From contig CAMBMK010000002.1 of the NCBI GenBank assembly GCA_945868745.1, forward strand, positions 1,770 to 65,769: DNA of 64,000 bases, written 5' to 3'. This document shows, piece after piece, positions 48,765 through 59,140 of the stretch. The notes beneath the pieces were generated by a model that made no database searches, was not told the origin of the DNA, and saw nothing but the letters and a program-made list of their open reading frames with translations. The position numbers and the translations under genes were made by a program. The DNA is from an uncultured Bacteroidales bacterium. Lineage in GTDB: Bacteria > Bacteroidota > Bacteroidia > Bacteroidales > UBA932. Position 1 is the first letter of the stretch; the number at the start of each line of letters is the position of its first letter.

Positions 48765-51700
48765 ATGCTTGAGATACTTAAAGCTTCGGCAGGTTCGGGA
48801 AAGACTTTCAACCTTGCCAAAACATATATCGGTATGGTCTTCCGCTCGGAGGACCCGTATGCCTACCGTCACATCCTTGCCGTCACCTTTACCAACAAGG
48901 CGACCGACGAGATGAAAAGCCGCATACTCAAGGAGCTCGACATCCTTGCCACATCTCCTGAAAAATCAGGTTATTACAAAGAGTTTTCCGCCGAGTTCGG
49001 AGGTGCTGCAGCCCTGAAAAAGAAGGCCTATGAAGTCCTTGTCAATATTCTTCATGATTACAACGCCTTTTCCATCAGTACCATAGACAAGTTCTTCCAG
49101 ATGACTCTGAAGTCGTTTGCAAGGGAAATCGGGCAGGTGGCCTCGTACCAGATCGACCTCGACAAGAAATCGCTCGTAAAGGAAAGTGTGGACCGGATCC
49201 TGGATTCGCTTTCAGAAGACAATCCGAAGCTTCTTTCCTGGCTGAAGGAATATGCGATGGAGCAGATCTCTGAAAACGGGAGATACAGTCTTGAGCCGGG
49301 GCTCTACGAGATGGCCGCAGACCTCGAATCGGAGAAGCTCGCAACAGTCCTGGAAAAGCACGGACTTGACCTCACTTCTTTGTATTCAAATGAGAACCTT
49401 ACACTTGTGCGCAAGGCCTGCAGGGAGTACCGTGACAGTTTCACCGATGCCGTCATTGCCGCCGCTGAGAGGGTCAACAGGGTGTTTACCGATAACGGGT
49501 TGACTGTCTATGATACCACAAGGGGCTTTATGAAGATCATTCCCGAAAAATATATGGCATTGAAAAGGGGGGATAAGATTGATGCGTTGACCGAAGCGTT
49601 TGTCCGCAATGCCGGCAATCCCGACAATTGGTTTCCCAAAAAGAATGCAGGGCTTCACAAAATCGTGGACGGGGTGCTTGACGGTCCCCTTGAGGCCTTT
49701 GTCAGTCTGATGGACAGGGGGCTCCGTCCCTTCAATACGGCGGGAGTGATTCTCCGGCAACTCTACTGCCTGGGTATAGCTTCCCGGCTCCACAAGGAAT
49801 ATGAGGCGCTGATCAAGGAGAAGAACGTGATCACCCTTGACGATTCCAATTCCATCCTGCGCACGATTATCGGTGAGGACGATGCACCGTTCATCTATGA
49901 AAAGCTCGGTGTAAGGTATGAGAATTTCCTTCTGGATGAGTTCCAGGATACCTCCACGGTGCAGTGGGAAAATTTCCGTCCTCTCCTGAGGGAGAGCCTG
50001 AGCCATTCGGAGAAGGGCAGGGTGACGGACCTTATTGTCGGTGACATCAAGCAGAGCATCTACCGGTGGCGCGGCTCGGACTGGAACCTGCTCGGCACCG
50101 AGGTGAAAAAGGAGTTCGGCAATATGGCGGACGATACCCGCGCCCTGTCCGAAAACTGGCGCAGCTGCCGCAATATAGTGGAGTTCAACAACAGTTTCTT
50201 CTCATATGCGGCATCCGTACTGGACAAGGTTTATGGAGAAGGTGCCGGAATCGGGGATATCTACGGGGATGTGGCCCAGAAGCCGATGGCAGGGACCTGC
50301 GGGGACGGAAGCCTCGAATTCACTTTCTGTCCTAAGGACAGCATTTGTGACGAGGTGGTCTCTGCAATAAGCAGGGTGATGCAGGATGGCAACGCCGGCT
50401 ACGGAGACATTGCCGTGCTGGTAAGGAGCAACAATGAGGGTGCATCCCTGGCCTCGGTCCTTGCCGACAATGGAATCCCCGTGATTTCCGACGACTCCCT
50501 TTCCGTGAAATCCTCAATATGCGTGCGGAGGGTGGTGTCCCTTATGAGCAGGGTTGCCAATCCGGGCGATACCGTAGGGGCATATCTTGCCGGTTCGCTG
50601 GATATTGCCATCCCGGAGTCTTACCATTCCCTGATTGATCTTGCCGAGGATTTCATAAGGAAGATGGAGGCTGCAAATCCAGGGTGCCTGGAGGGTGAAA
50701 TATATCATATCCAGTCATTTATGGATGTCCTGGGAGAGTGGGTGAGTCTCAACGGCAACAACCTTGCCTCCTTCCTCGACTATTGGAAGGAGCAGGACCC
50801 GAAGCTCTCGTCGCCAGCCGACCCCGAGGCTGTGAGGATAATGACCATACACAAGTCCAAGGGGCTCGAGTTCGGCTATGTCATATTCCCTTTTGCTCAT
50901 AGTGTCGAACTGTTCCCCCAGCGCAATACTGTCAGTGCCTGGTGCATCCCTGAGACGGAAGGAACCGATTTCCCGAAAGAGGCACTGGGCGTGTACAAGA
51001 CGAATCTTTCCAGGAAGGAGAATGAGCCCGACCTTTTTGACGGGGCCTATCTGAAGGAGCGCAGGATGCAGTTCATCGACAATCTCAATGTGACCTATGT
51101 AGCCCTTACGAGGGCCTCCAGGGGGCTTCACGTCATTGCGGAGAATGATGAAGGCTGTTCGGCTTTCCACAGGCTGCCGATGGCCCCGTCTCCGCAGGAA
51201 AGCGCCGGATATGCTCCGGAACACGATTATAAGAATATGGCCCAGATACTCTACGGGTATCTCTGCGTCAATCAGGGTATGTTCGACCATTCCCTTGAAG
51301 AAGGTGTCGAGCGGTTTTCTTATGGGGAGATGTTCGATTTCCGGAAGGAAAGGATGAGGGCAAAGGAAGGCCTGCCGGATGAGGTCGGGGAGATTGTGTC
51401 CGGATATCCTTCGTTTCCGCTCAATCCCGCTCCGGTGGAGGGTGAGGATGTGAGGGAGAGGGGAAGACTCAAATTCAGCGCCGATTCCGTTGATTTCTTC
51501 TCGGAGGAAGGTGAATCGGCACGTCACAAGGGTACTGTCCTGCACGCAATTCTCTCCAGTGTGAATGTTCCCGGGGACCTTCCTGATGCAGTAAGGGCGC
51601 AGGTGGCGTGCGGAGCGCTGCCGGAGGACAGGGCTCCGGGGTATGAGGAGTTCCTGCGTGAACGGTTGGAGTCGGTCAGGGACAGGGGCTGGTACTCATG

Positions 51701-51941
51701 CACCGGTGTGTCGGCCATGAACGAGGTGTCCATAATAGATACCGACGGAAGCCTCTACAGGCCCGACAGGGTGGTCATCAGCGGAAAGGACGTATGCGTG
51801 ATTGACTACAAATTCGGCGGGGAGGACCGCAGATATCTCCGGCAGATAGGCAGATACGCTTCCCTTTACCGGGCAATGGGATATGACAATGTGGAGGCTT
51901 GCATTTGGTATGTAAATGAAAATAAAATAGTATCTTTGTAG
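48765..51941 (+). CDS. UvrD-family helicase-nuclease, AddA-like subunit
   Basis: ASAGSGKT, DEFQDTS, VGDIKQSIYRWR, TIHKSKGLEF; C-terminal RPDRV..DYKFG nuclease. Confidence 0.92.
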   Translation: MLEILKASAGSGKTFNLAKTYIGMVFRSEDPYAYRHILAVTFTNKATDEMKSRILKELDILATSPEKSGYYKEFSAEFGGAAALKKKAYEVLVNILHDYNAFSISTIDKFFQMTLKSFAREIGQVASYQIDLDKKSLVKESVDRILDSLSEDNPKLLSWLKEYAMEQISENGRYSLEPGLYEMAADLESEKLATVLEKHGLDLTSLYSNENLTLVRKACREYRDSFTDAVIAAAERVNRVFTDNGLTVYDTTRGFMKIIPEKYMALKRGDKIDALTEAFVRNAGNPDNWFPKKNAGLHKIVDGVLDGPLEAFVSLMDRGLRPFNTAGVILRQLYCLGIASRLHKEYEALIKEKNVITLDDSNSILRTIIGEDDAPFIYEKLGVRYENFLLDEFQDTSTVQWENFRPLLRESLSHSEKGRVTDLIVGDIKQSIYRWRGSDWNLLGTEVKKEFGNMADDTRALSENWRSCRNIVEFNNSFFSYAASVLDKVYGEGAGIGDIYGDVAQKPMAGTCGDGSLEFTFCPKDSICDEVVSAISRVMQDGNAGYGDIAVLVRSNNEGASLASVLADNGIPVISDDSLSVKSSICVRRVVSLMSRVANPGDTVGAYLAGSLDIAIPESYHSLIDLAEDFIRKMEAANPGCLEGEIYHIQSFMDVLGEWVSLNGNNLASFLDYWKEQDPKLSSPADPEAVRIMTIHKSKGLEFGYVIFPFAHSVELFPQRNTVSAWCIPETEGTDFPKEALGVYKTNLSRKENEPDLFDGAYLKERRMQFIDNLNVTYVALTRASRGLHVIAENDEGCSAFHRLPMAPSPQESAGYAPEHDYKNMAQILYGYLCVNQGMFDHSLEEGVERFSYGEMFDFRKERMRAKEGLPDEVGEIVSGYPSFPLNPAPVEGEDVRERGRLKFSADSVDFFSEEGESARHKGTVLHAILSSVNVPGDLPDAVRAQVACGALPEDRAPGYEEFLRERLESVRDRGWYSCTGVSAMNEVSIIDTDGSLYRPDRVVISGKDVCVIDYKFGGEDRRYLRQIGRYASLYRAMGYDNVEACIWYVNENKIVSL

Positions 51942-52007
51942 GTTGGGTTCCGTATCCCTGCGGGACGCAGCTTTGACAAAAATGCTATTTTAAATTCAGC
52001 TTCTACA

Positions 52008-52688
52008 ATGGATATCTACGAAAACAGAAGGACTCTCGAATACAATACCGAAAGAGAAAGGCTCGTGATGCCCGAATATGGCAGGAACGTGCTTGATATG
52101 GTTGAAAAACTGCGCCTTATAGAGGACCGCGAGAAGCGCACTGTGCAGGCGCGTGCGGTTGTGAAGGTGATGGAGACCCTCAATCCGGCGGTCCACGCCG
52201 AGGAGAACTGGGAGCAGAAGCTCTGGGACCACCTTTTCATCATGTCGGGCTATGATCTCGATGTGGATTCACCGTACCCTATGCCCGAGCCGGAGGCGAG
52301 GAACACAAAGCCGATGCGCATCCCGCTCAAGACCAAGGCCGTGAAGGCACGCCACTATGGAAGGAACATCGAGAGCATCATCGACCTTATTGCCGGTGAG
52401 GAGGACGGTCCGCAGAAGACAGCAATGATCCGTTCCCTTGCCATCTATATGCGTCAGCAGTATCTGATCTGGAACAAGGACAGTGTCGCAGACGAAACGA
52501 TTCTCAAGGATATCGAGGTCCTGTCGGATTTCAGGATAAAGGTTCCCGAGGGCATCAGCCTTACCAGGATAGCTTCGGATGCCAACTTCTCGCGTCCGGG
52601 ACTCAACCTTGATTTTGCCCAGCGCAGGAACGGGTATCAGCAGAAGAGAAACAATTTCCAGAGAAAGAATTACCAGAAAGGAAAATAA
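52008..52688 (+). CDS. DUF4290 family protein
   Basis: LEYNT.R..L..PEYGRNV, KLWDHL and HYGRNI motifs. Confidence 0.88.
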   Translation: MDIYENRRTLEYNTERERLVMPEYGRNVLDMVEKLRLIEDREKRTVQARAVVKVMETLNPAVHAEENWEQKLWDHLFIMSGYDLDVDSPYPMPEPEARNTKPMRIPLKTKAVKARHYGRNIESIIDLIAGEEDGPQKTAMIRSLAIYMRQQYLIWNKDSVADETILKDIEVLSDFRIKVPEGISLTRIASDANFSRPGLNLDFAQRRNGYQQKRNNFQRKNYQKGK

Positions 52689-52692
52689 TCTG

Positions 52693-55233
52693 ATGCAGCC
52701 CTTCAAAAAACTGACCGCTTTATGGAACGGGATTGATCCCGACCGCAGGACCATGATCATAAGAATCACCGGTCTTGCCGTTGCCGTGTTTGCCCTGTTC
52801 ACGCTCATTTCTACAGTCTCATATCTGTTTACCTGGAAGGCCGACCAGAGCCTTCTCGGTGATCCGGCCGCTTTTGACCAGTCCGTCCCGGTAAGCAACG
52901 CCGGCGGAAAGGGCGGTGCCGGATGGGGACACCTTCTTGTGGAGAGGTGGTTCGGCCTCGGGGCCTTTGCCATTGTCGTGGCCCTCGGAGTCATTTCTCT
53001 CCGCATGATGTTCGGTAGGAGGGAGTTCTCCGTAATCAGGGTGGTGGTTCTGTCCGTTGCCGCATCGGTCGTGCTTTCCTATTTCCTGTCGCTGTGCTCC
53101 ATGGTGCTCGGGCTTGACAATGCCTTCGGCGGAGGACTGGGAGGAGAGTGCGGAAAGGCGGCCGCAGCCTGGTCGGTGAACCTTGCAGGTACGCCTTTGT
53201 CTTTTGTCATAGCCCTGGCTTTCATAGTTTTATGGATGGTTTTTGCCAGCAGGAGGTTTATGGACATCTTCCTCGGCAAGAAGCATGCACCCTCGGACGC
53301 AAACGACGTTGAGGAAGAAGTTGCGGAACCGGGTGAGAGTCAAAGCGGTGAAGACGGTCAGTCGGGACTGCGCAATCCTTTCACCTGGGGACCGGCCCAT
53401 ATGGAAGAAGGTGCCGTACAGATCGGGTGGACGCCGGAGGTTGAGAAAGAAGACGAAGATGAGACCGTGACAGAAGAACAGGCAGCTGTGGAGAGCGGGG
53501 CAATGACTGGAACGGCCGGGCAGCCGGCAGATAATGCTGCGGCACCGGCGAGCGCGTCAGTTGACACCGTGGCACAGGAGTCCGGAGCCAATCCGCAGGA
53601 AGACCGCCTTGAAGTGCAGGCTGGGGAGGAGCTTTCCACCGACATTCAGGAGGACCTCCCGAGGATTGACGTCTGCAATGATCCCGGATACGGGCTGAGC
53701 CAGTTTGTGTTCCCTCCTCTTGACCTGCTGAAAGGGTATGAGAACCAGCGCCATGAGGTGTCTTCCGAAGAGCTCAAGCGCAACAATCTCAGAATCCGTG
53801 CGACCCTGAAGAACTACAATATCGACATCGACAATGTCAAGGCCGTGGTGGGACCTACGGTTACTCTCTATAAGGTATTTCCGGCTCCCGGAGTCAAGAT
53901 AGCCTCCATCAAGAGCCGTCAGGAGGATATTGCCATGGCTCTCAAGGCAAAGGGTGTAAGGATTGTGTCCCTGTCGGATTCTGTGGGCATAGAGGTGGCC
54001 AATGACGTTCCGTCCATCGTGCCGCTCAAGGCCCTTCTCAACGATGAGGCCTTCCGCGAGAGCAATGCCGAGCTGCCGGTTGCAATCGGTATTACCATTA
54101 CCCAGAAAGTCAAGGTGTTTGACCTTGCCGATGCACCGCATCTTCTTGTTGCCGGAGCCACCAAGCAGGGAAAATCAGTCGGTCTCAATGTGCTCATCAA
54201 TTCGCTCATCTACAAAAAGCATCCTGCCGAGCTGAAATTTGTATTCATCGACCCGAAGATGGTGGAGTTCTCGGCATATGCAAAGCTCCATCACCACTAT
54301 CTTGCCGTTCTTCCGGATGCCGGAAGCGACGAGGACGAGTTCAACAATGCCATCTGCAAGAACCCGAAGCAGAGCGAGAGGATCCTCAGGTCGCTCTGCC
54401 TTGAGATGGACCAGAGGTATGAGCTCCTGAGCAAGGCACTGGTCAACAATGTGAAGCTCTATAATGAAAAATACCGTGACCGCCATCTCAATCCAAATAA
54501 CGGCCACAGGTATCTGCCTTATATAGTGGCGGTTGTGGACGAGTTTGCCGATCTTACGATGAGTGCCGGCGCGGGTCCGGAAAACAAGGCCCTTGCAAGG
54601 AGCATCTCCAATTCCATCATCAGGCTTGCCCAGAAGGGAAGGGCGGCGGGTATCCACGTGGTGCTCGCAACCCAGAGGCCTTCAGTGGATGTGGTGACCG
54701 GTCTGATCAAATCCAATTTCCCTACCAGGATTGCCTTCAGGGTATCTTCTTCCGTGGATTCCAAGACCATTCTCGATGCCCCGGGAGCTGACAAGCTCAT
54801 CGGAAAGGGAGACATGATCTTCTACGCCGGAATCGAGATGGAACGTATCCAGTGTGCCTACATCAGCAACGATGAGATCAACGACATCAATGAGTTTGTC
54901 CATAACCAGAGCGGCTATATGAAGTCGTACAATACCCCTTATTATCTGCCTGACCCGGACCCTGAGCAGGAGGACGGCTCCGCAATGGTGGATATGAAAA
55001 ATCTGGACGAACGCTTTGAGGAGGCCGCACGCCAGGTTGTGCTGTCGCAAAGGGGCTCGACATCCGACCTCCAGCGCAAGCTTGGTATGGGTTATGCAAA
55101 GGCAGGAAGGGTAATGGACCAACTCGAGGCTGCCGGTATCGTAGGGCCGCAGGAAGGCTCCAAGCCTAGACAGGTGCTTGTGGCTACCCTGGAAGAGCTC
55201 CAGCAGATACTCGACGCCTATACTGCATCATAG
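52693..55233 (+). CDS. ftsK: DNA translocase FtsK
   Basis: N-terminal 4TM domain; PHLLVAGATKQGKS, IDPK, DEFADL, LATQRP; gamma domain. Start placed at MQPFKK. Confidence 0.96.
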   Translation: MQPFKKLTALWNGIDPDRRTMIIRITGLAVAVFALFTLISTVSYLFTWKADQSLLGDPAAFDQSVPVSNAGGKGGAGWGHLLVERWFGLGAFAIVVALGVISLRMMFGRREFSVIRVVVLSVAASVVLSYFLSLCSMVLGLDNAFGGGLGGECGKAAAAWSVNLAGTPLSFVIALAFIVLWMVFASRRFMDIFLGKKHAPSDANDVEEEVAEPGESQSGEDGQSGLRNPFTWGPAHMEEGAVQIGWTPEVEKEDEDETVTEEQAAVESGAMTGTAGQPADNAAAPASASVDTVAQESGANPQEDRLEVQAGEELSTDIQEDLPRIDVCNDPGYGLSQFVFPPLDLLKGYENQRHEVSSEELKRNNLRIRATLKNYNIDIDNVKAVVGPTVTLYKVFPAPGVKIASIKSRQEDIAMALKAKGVRIVSLSDSVGIEVANDVPSIVPLKALLNDEAFRESNAELPVAIGITITQKVKVFDLADAPHLLVAGATKQGKSVGLNVLINSLIYKKHPAELKFVFIDPKMVEFSAYAKLHHHYLAVLPDAGSDEDEFNNAICKNPKQSERILRSLCLEMDQRYELLSKALVNNVKLYNEKYRDRHLNPNNGHRYLPYIVAVVDEFADLTMSAGAGPENKALARSISNSIIRLAQKGRAAGIHVVLATQRPSVDVVTGLIKSNFPTRIAFRVSSSVDSKTILDAPGADKLIGKGDMIFYAGIEMERIQCAYISNDEINDINEFVHNQSGYMKSYNTPYYLPDPDPEQEDGSAMVDMKNLDERFEEAARQVVLSQRGSTSDLQRKLGMGYAKAGRVMDQLEAAGIVGPQEGSKPRQVLVATLEELQQILDAYTAS

Positions 55234-55268
55234 CAGTTGCCAGAGGGTTGTCCCTCCAAAAAAGCTTT

Positions 55269-55886
55269 ATGATGAAACTTCTGTTATTGACTCTTGCGGC
55301 ACTTGTTGCCTTTATGGCTCCGGACAGAGTGGACCCGGTGATGAAAGCCTTTTCCCAAAAGGCCTCGGCTTATTGTGTGTCATTTGAATATTCCTTTTCC
55401 GGTACAAGGCAGGGAAGGCCTGCCTTCAGCGGAAGCGGCAGTGCGGAGGTCTCCGGAGATGCCTTCAGAGTGGAAGGCAACGGAATGGAAATCAGCTGTG
55501 ACGGCACTTCCAGATGGGTAGCCGACCATATGGCCGAAGAGGTCGTGATCGAGCCTGTGGATCCGCAGTCCCCGGATTTCCTTGTCAATCCTGCACTTCT
55601 TGTTGTGTATGCATCGGATGCCTTTGAGACCGTCCGTACGGAAACGGGCGTATTCGGAGGCAGAAATTGCCGCAGGGTTGACCTGAAGCCGGTCGTGGAT
55701 GCCGGAGTGAAATCCGTGTCAATGTTTTTTGACGGGGATGTCCCTGTGGGCGCAAAGATATGCTCTTCCGACGGTACGGAAATGGTGTTCAATATCAGCA
55801 ACCTCGCGTTTTCTCCATTGAAGGGGGCCACGTCCTACCGTCCTTCCGGATTCCCGTCCTCCTGGGTGGTCACCGACCTCAGGTAA
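55269..55886 (+). CDS. LolA-like outer-membrane lipoprotein chaperone
   Basis: Follows ftsK; DG...W......EV and NPA motifs; ends VVTDLR. Confidence 0.75.
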   Translation: MMKLLLLTLAALVAFMAPDRVDPVMKAFSQKASAYCVSFEYSFSGTRQGRPAFSGSGSAEVSGDAFRVEGNGMEISCDGTSRWVADHMAEEVVIEPVDPQSPDFLVNPALLVVYASDAFETVRTETGVFGGRNCRRVDLKPVVDAGVKSVSMFFDGDVPVGAKICSSDGTEMVFNISNLAFSPLKGATSYRPSGFPSSWVVTDLR

Positions 55887-55889
55887 TTG

Positions 55890-56888
55890 CTATTCTATGA
55901 TGCAGCCCGGGGATGCCCAGGTGAGCATTTCGCCGTCCTTTTCATAAATCAGGTATCCCTCGATGTCCGGGGCTGAATTGATGAACTTTGCTGCTTCATC
56001 ATAACCGATTACCATGCAATAAGTTGCGTATGCATCGGCCGTGGCTGCATCCGGTGCGATAATGGTTGCGCTCAGGAGATGGTGCGATACCGGGTAGCCT
56101 GTGCGTGGGTCAACCGTATGGGCATATTTCTTTCCGTCCCTGACATAGAATTTCCTGTAGTTGCCTGAAGTCACCACTCCGGCAGCCTTTCCTCCGCTGT
56201 TCCAGATGCCCTTGAGCTGTGCTCCCGGGGTATCGTTGCCGTCAACCGGAAGGTCCACTCCGATGCTCCAGCCCCTGCCTTCGGGATTGAGGCCGCAGCA
56301 GTAGATTTCGCCGATGTCCACCAGCATATCCCTTACGCCAATACTTTTGAGATAGTCTGCCACTATGTCGCAGCTGTACCCCTGTGCTATTGCATTGAAA
56401 TTCAGCACGGGATGCCTTGTGACGGCCGAATCTGCACAGGGCCCGAGGCGCTCCATCCCGCACAGGCCGCGCAGCGAATCCACCCGTGCTGCGGACGGCA
56501 TCTCCCCGTTTTTGAAGCCGAAGCCCCAGGCATCGAAAAGCGGCCCGGCAGACACGTCAACTGCCCCGCCTGTCTTCTCCCAGACATCGTAGGAAAGGGC
56601 ATAGATGTCGCGGAACATATCGTTGAGCTCCACCTGTTCCCCGGCATTCACCCGGCTCAGAACCGAGCCCCTGTTGTAGCCTGACATGGTGTTGTCTATT
56701 GCAAGGAGAAGGGTATCGATATGTGCGGCAATGGCCTCGGGCTTTTCCGACACGCCGCGTAGATTGATTTTGACGGTATATGTGCCGCCCTGGGCATATC
56801 CGGAGATGGCGATGTACCTGTCGCTGTCGCAGGCAACAGTGCAGACAATCATGATAATGGCGGCAAGAGCCTTGATAAAACGTCCCAT
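55890..56888 (-). CDS. apbE: FAD:protein FMN transferase (ApbE), lipoprotein
   Basis: NAIAQGY, TSGNYR, H..DPRTG and ADAYAT motifs; lipobox TVAC. Confidence 0.93.
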   Translation of the reverse strand: MGRFIKALAAIIMIVCTVACDSDRYIAISGYAQGGTYTVKINLRGVSEKPEAIAAHIDTLLLAIDNTMSGYNRGSVLSRVNAGEQVELNDMFRDIYALSYDVWEKTGGAVDVSAGPLFDAWGFGFKNGEMPSAARVDSLRGLCGMERLGPCADSAVTRHPVLNFNAIAQGYSCDIVADYLKSIGVRDMLVDIGEIYCCGLNPEGRGWSIGVDLPVDGNDTPGAQLKGIWNSGGKAAGVVTSGNYRKFYVRDGKKYAHTVDPRTGYPVSHHLLSATIIAPDAATADAYATYCMVIGYDEAAKFINSAPDIEGYLIYEKDGEMLTWASPGCIIE

Positions 56889-56966
56889 TTGGCTTTGTTT
56901 TTGTACAAAGGTAGCGGAATTTAAAGATAAAATGTGCATATTTGTACGATAATCCAAAGAAAGGAA

Positions 56967-57950
56967 ATGAAATTCAACAGGAGATTTATTCTGCCGGTTC
57001 TGATGGCTGCCGCTTGCCTTGCCGTGATTCCGGCCTGCAAGAAAGATGACGACGAAGACGAAACCAAGCCGAGTTTCAGCGGCCTGCTTTCTTTCAACAT
57101 ACCCGAATACACATATGCCGGCCAGAAGCTGACTGTAACTCCTTCAGGAGCCTACCGCAGCGATGGAGGCACCTACGGATATTATTGGTATTCGTCCGCC
57201 AAAAGCACCGTGCGTGATACCACCAAATATGAAAGTGACCCGGAAACTGTCCTGGGGACATTTACATTTAAGGTTCCCGACACTCTTGCGACCATTTCCC
57301 TTAATGTGGCCATCTATGGCGACGGTTATTACACGTCCACAGCCACGAGAAATACGACAGTGGTGAAGCCGGGCAAGTCCGTAACGATGCCTACCCCTTC
57401 CGACGCACTTTCATTCAATGACTCCCGTGACGGAAAATCTTTACTTTATATCCATATCGGAGACCTTGACTGGATGATCCGCAATCTCCAGTATGCCCAG
57501 GGGGGAGCCGGCTATGCGGACTGCGACATCATGAAGGATGTCACCGGCACCTTCTATACATGGGAAAATGCGCTCAATGCCTGTCCGGAGGGCTGGAGGC
57601 TCCCGACCGTTGCCGAATATGCCGAACTTTGCGGAGGCAGTTTCGTAGGTGCTGCGGGACATCTGATGGACGACAAGGCTTATTTCCACGAAGACAGGAT
57701 GTGGGAATACTGGCCTGAGGTAAGCGCCGACAATGCTACTCTGTTCAGCGCAATATCGGCCGGATACGGCAATTTTGACGGGGAATCCTGGACCTTCGAC
57801 GGACTGATGAGCTATGCCGCATTCTGGACATCCGATACGGCCGACGGGGAAAGGGCCGCATACATACTGCTCAATGCCGAATCCCCGGATGTGGTCGTGG
57901 GATATGGCCACAAGGAGTATTTCGGGGCCAGTGTCCGCTGCGTGAGATAG
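56967..57950 (+). CDS. Lipoprotein with Fibrobacter succinogenes major paralogous (FISUMP) domain
   Basis: Lipobox IPAC then KKDDDEDE; DSRDG..Y, WMIRNL, ACPEGWRLPT, FWTS and SVRCVR motifs. Confidence 0.88.
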   Translation: MKFNRRFILPVLMAAACLAVIPACKKDDDEDETKPSFSGLLSFNIPEYTYAGQKLTVTPSGAYRSDGGTYGYYWYSSAKSTVRDTTKYESDPETVLGTFTFKVPDTLATISLNVAIYGDGYYTSTATRNTTVVKPGKSVTMPTPSDALSFNDSRDGKSLLYIHIGDLDWMIRNLQYAQGGAGYADCDIMKDVTGTFYTWENALNACPEGWRLPTVAEYAELCGGSFVGAAGHLMDDKAYFHEDRMWEYWPEVSADNATLFSAISAGYGNFDGESWTFDGLMSYAAFWTSDTADGERAAYILLNAESPDVVVGYGHKEYFGASVRCVR

Positions 57951-57976
57951 GGAGCGGGACCCTTCCTGAAGATCCC

Positions 57977-59056
57977 TTACATTTCAGATATCACCGTCAG
58001 TATCCCAAGCAGGATGCTGACGGTTTTTTCATTCGCGGCGACCATCCATCCCGGGCAGCATCCGGCCGCGGACAGCGATATCACAATTACCGAAGTCACC
58101 ATGACGGCCGTGGTGACGGGCATTGCCAGTATGTTGGTAAGCAGGAAATACTTCGGGAAGGAGTGGAACCGCAGCCAGGCGAGCGGTCCCGTAAATGCCT
58201 GGCAGGAGATGGAGAGGGCGGCAGCCTGCCAGATGCGTCTCGGCAAGTCAGCCCGGTCATGGCCGGAGGACGGATACCAGCTGTCCAGCACCGGATACAG
58301 TACCGTGATGCCGGTCATTGCCAGATAGGAAAGCTGGAAACCTGTGTCTGAAATTACTGAAGGATTTGCAACAAGCTGTATGACGAGTGCGGTAAGCAGC
58401 ACCCTCATGGACCTGCGTGGCCTTCCGAGTATCTTAAGGGTTTCGCTTATCAGGATGAAAAGGAAGGCCCTTGTGATTGAAGCCCCGAATCCGGCAGCAG
58501 CGGCATAGAAACCGCACAGAAGCACCGTGGCGGCATATTTTATCCATCTGGCTGTCCGTCCGTTGCCGAGGGGGGTGCACAGGCCGAGGATGATGGAATA
58601 GATGATCCCCAGGTGAAGTCCCGAAAGGGCGAGTATGTGGGAGGCCCCGCTTGCCCTGAACACATCCCTGACCTCTTTTGCGATGCCGCTGCGGTCGCCG
58701 GTCAGGAGTCCCTTCACAAGGCCGCCGGTTGTGGAGCAAGCGTATGGAATGGACCCGATGGTGTCCTTGACCCTGTCCGCAAAGCGCTCTGCAAAGGCGA
58801 CTCCGCCATGGCCTGCAAAATGGGAGGACATCCCGTCGGACAGCGCACAGAGAAGGCCTGTGAGGAGAAACAGCAGCGCAAGGCGTCCCATATCGGGCCG
58901 GAACCGGACGGACAAGGCACAACCAATTGTAAGACAAAGAGATACAATGAAGGTAAAAACCCACGGGAAAGGGAAAACTCCCAAAAACAGCGTGCCTGCT
59001 GCAATCCCGGCAGTCAGACACAGGCATAAAGAATCGTATCGGGCGGGGCCTGTCAT
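57977..59056 (-). CDS. comEC: ComEC/Rec2 family competence protein (short form)
   Basis: GASHILALSGLHLG, S.TRA and GFQLSY motifs. Confidence 0.85.
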   Translation of the reverse strand: MTGPARYDSLCLCLTAGIAAGTLFLGVFPFPWVFTFIVSLCLTIGCALSVRFRPDMGRLALLFLLTGLLCALSDGMSSHFAGHGGVAFAERFADRVKDTIGSIPYACSTTGGLVKGLLTGDRSGIAKEVRDVFRASGASHILALSGLHLGIIYSIILGLCTPLGNGRTARWIKYAATVLLCGFYAAAAGFGASITRAFLFILISETLKILGRPRRSMRVLLTALVIQLVANPSVISDTGFQLSYLAMTGITVLYPVLDSWYPSSGHDRADLPRRIWQAAALSISCQAFTGPLAWLRFHSFPKYFLLTNILAMPVTTAVMVTSVIVISLSAAGCCPGWMVAANEKTVSILLGILTVISEM

Positions 59057-59140
59057 AATCTAAGTTCGGTTAATGTTTGCAAAAGTAAGGGTTCTTTCTT
59101 ACATTTGTAAGCATTTTCCGGATAATATTTAAAACATAAT

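Noticed and set aside
45765-51941. Nuclease plus helicase pair as a possible defence system
   Set aside because: The architecture matches the housekeeping AddAB-type repair complex of Bacteroidota, in a core gene context.
52579-52692. Apparent N-terminal extension of FtsK overlapping the DUF4290 gene
   Set aside because: It is an open-frame artefact. The ATG at 52693, just after the DUF4290 stop, is the plausible start.
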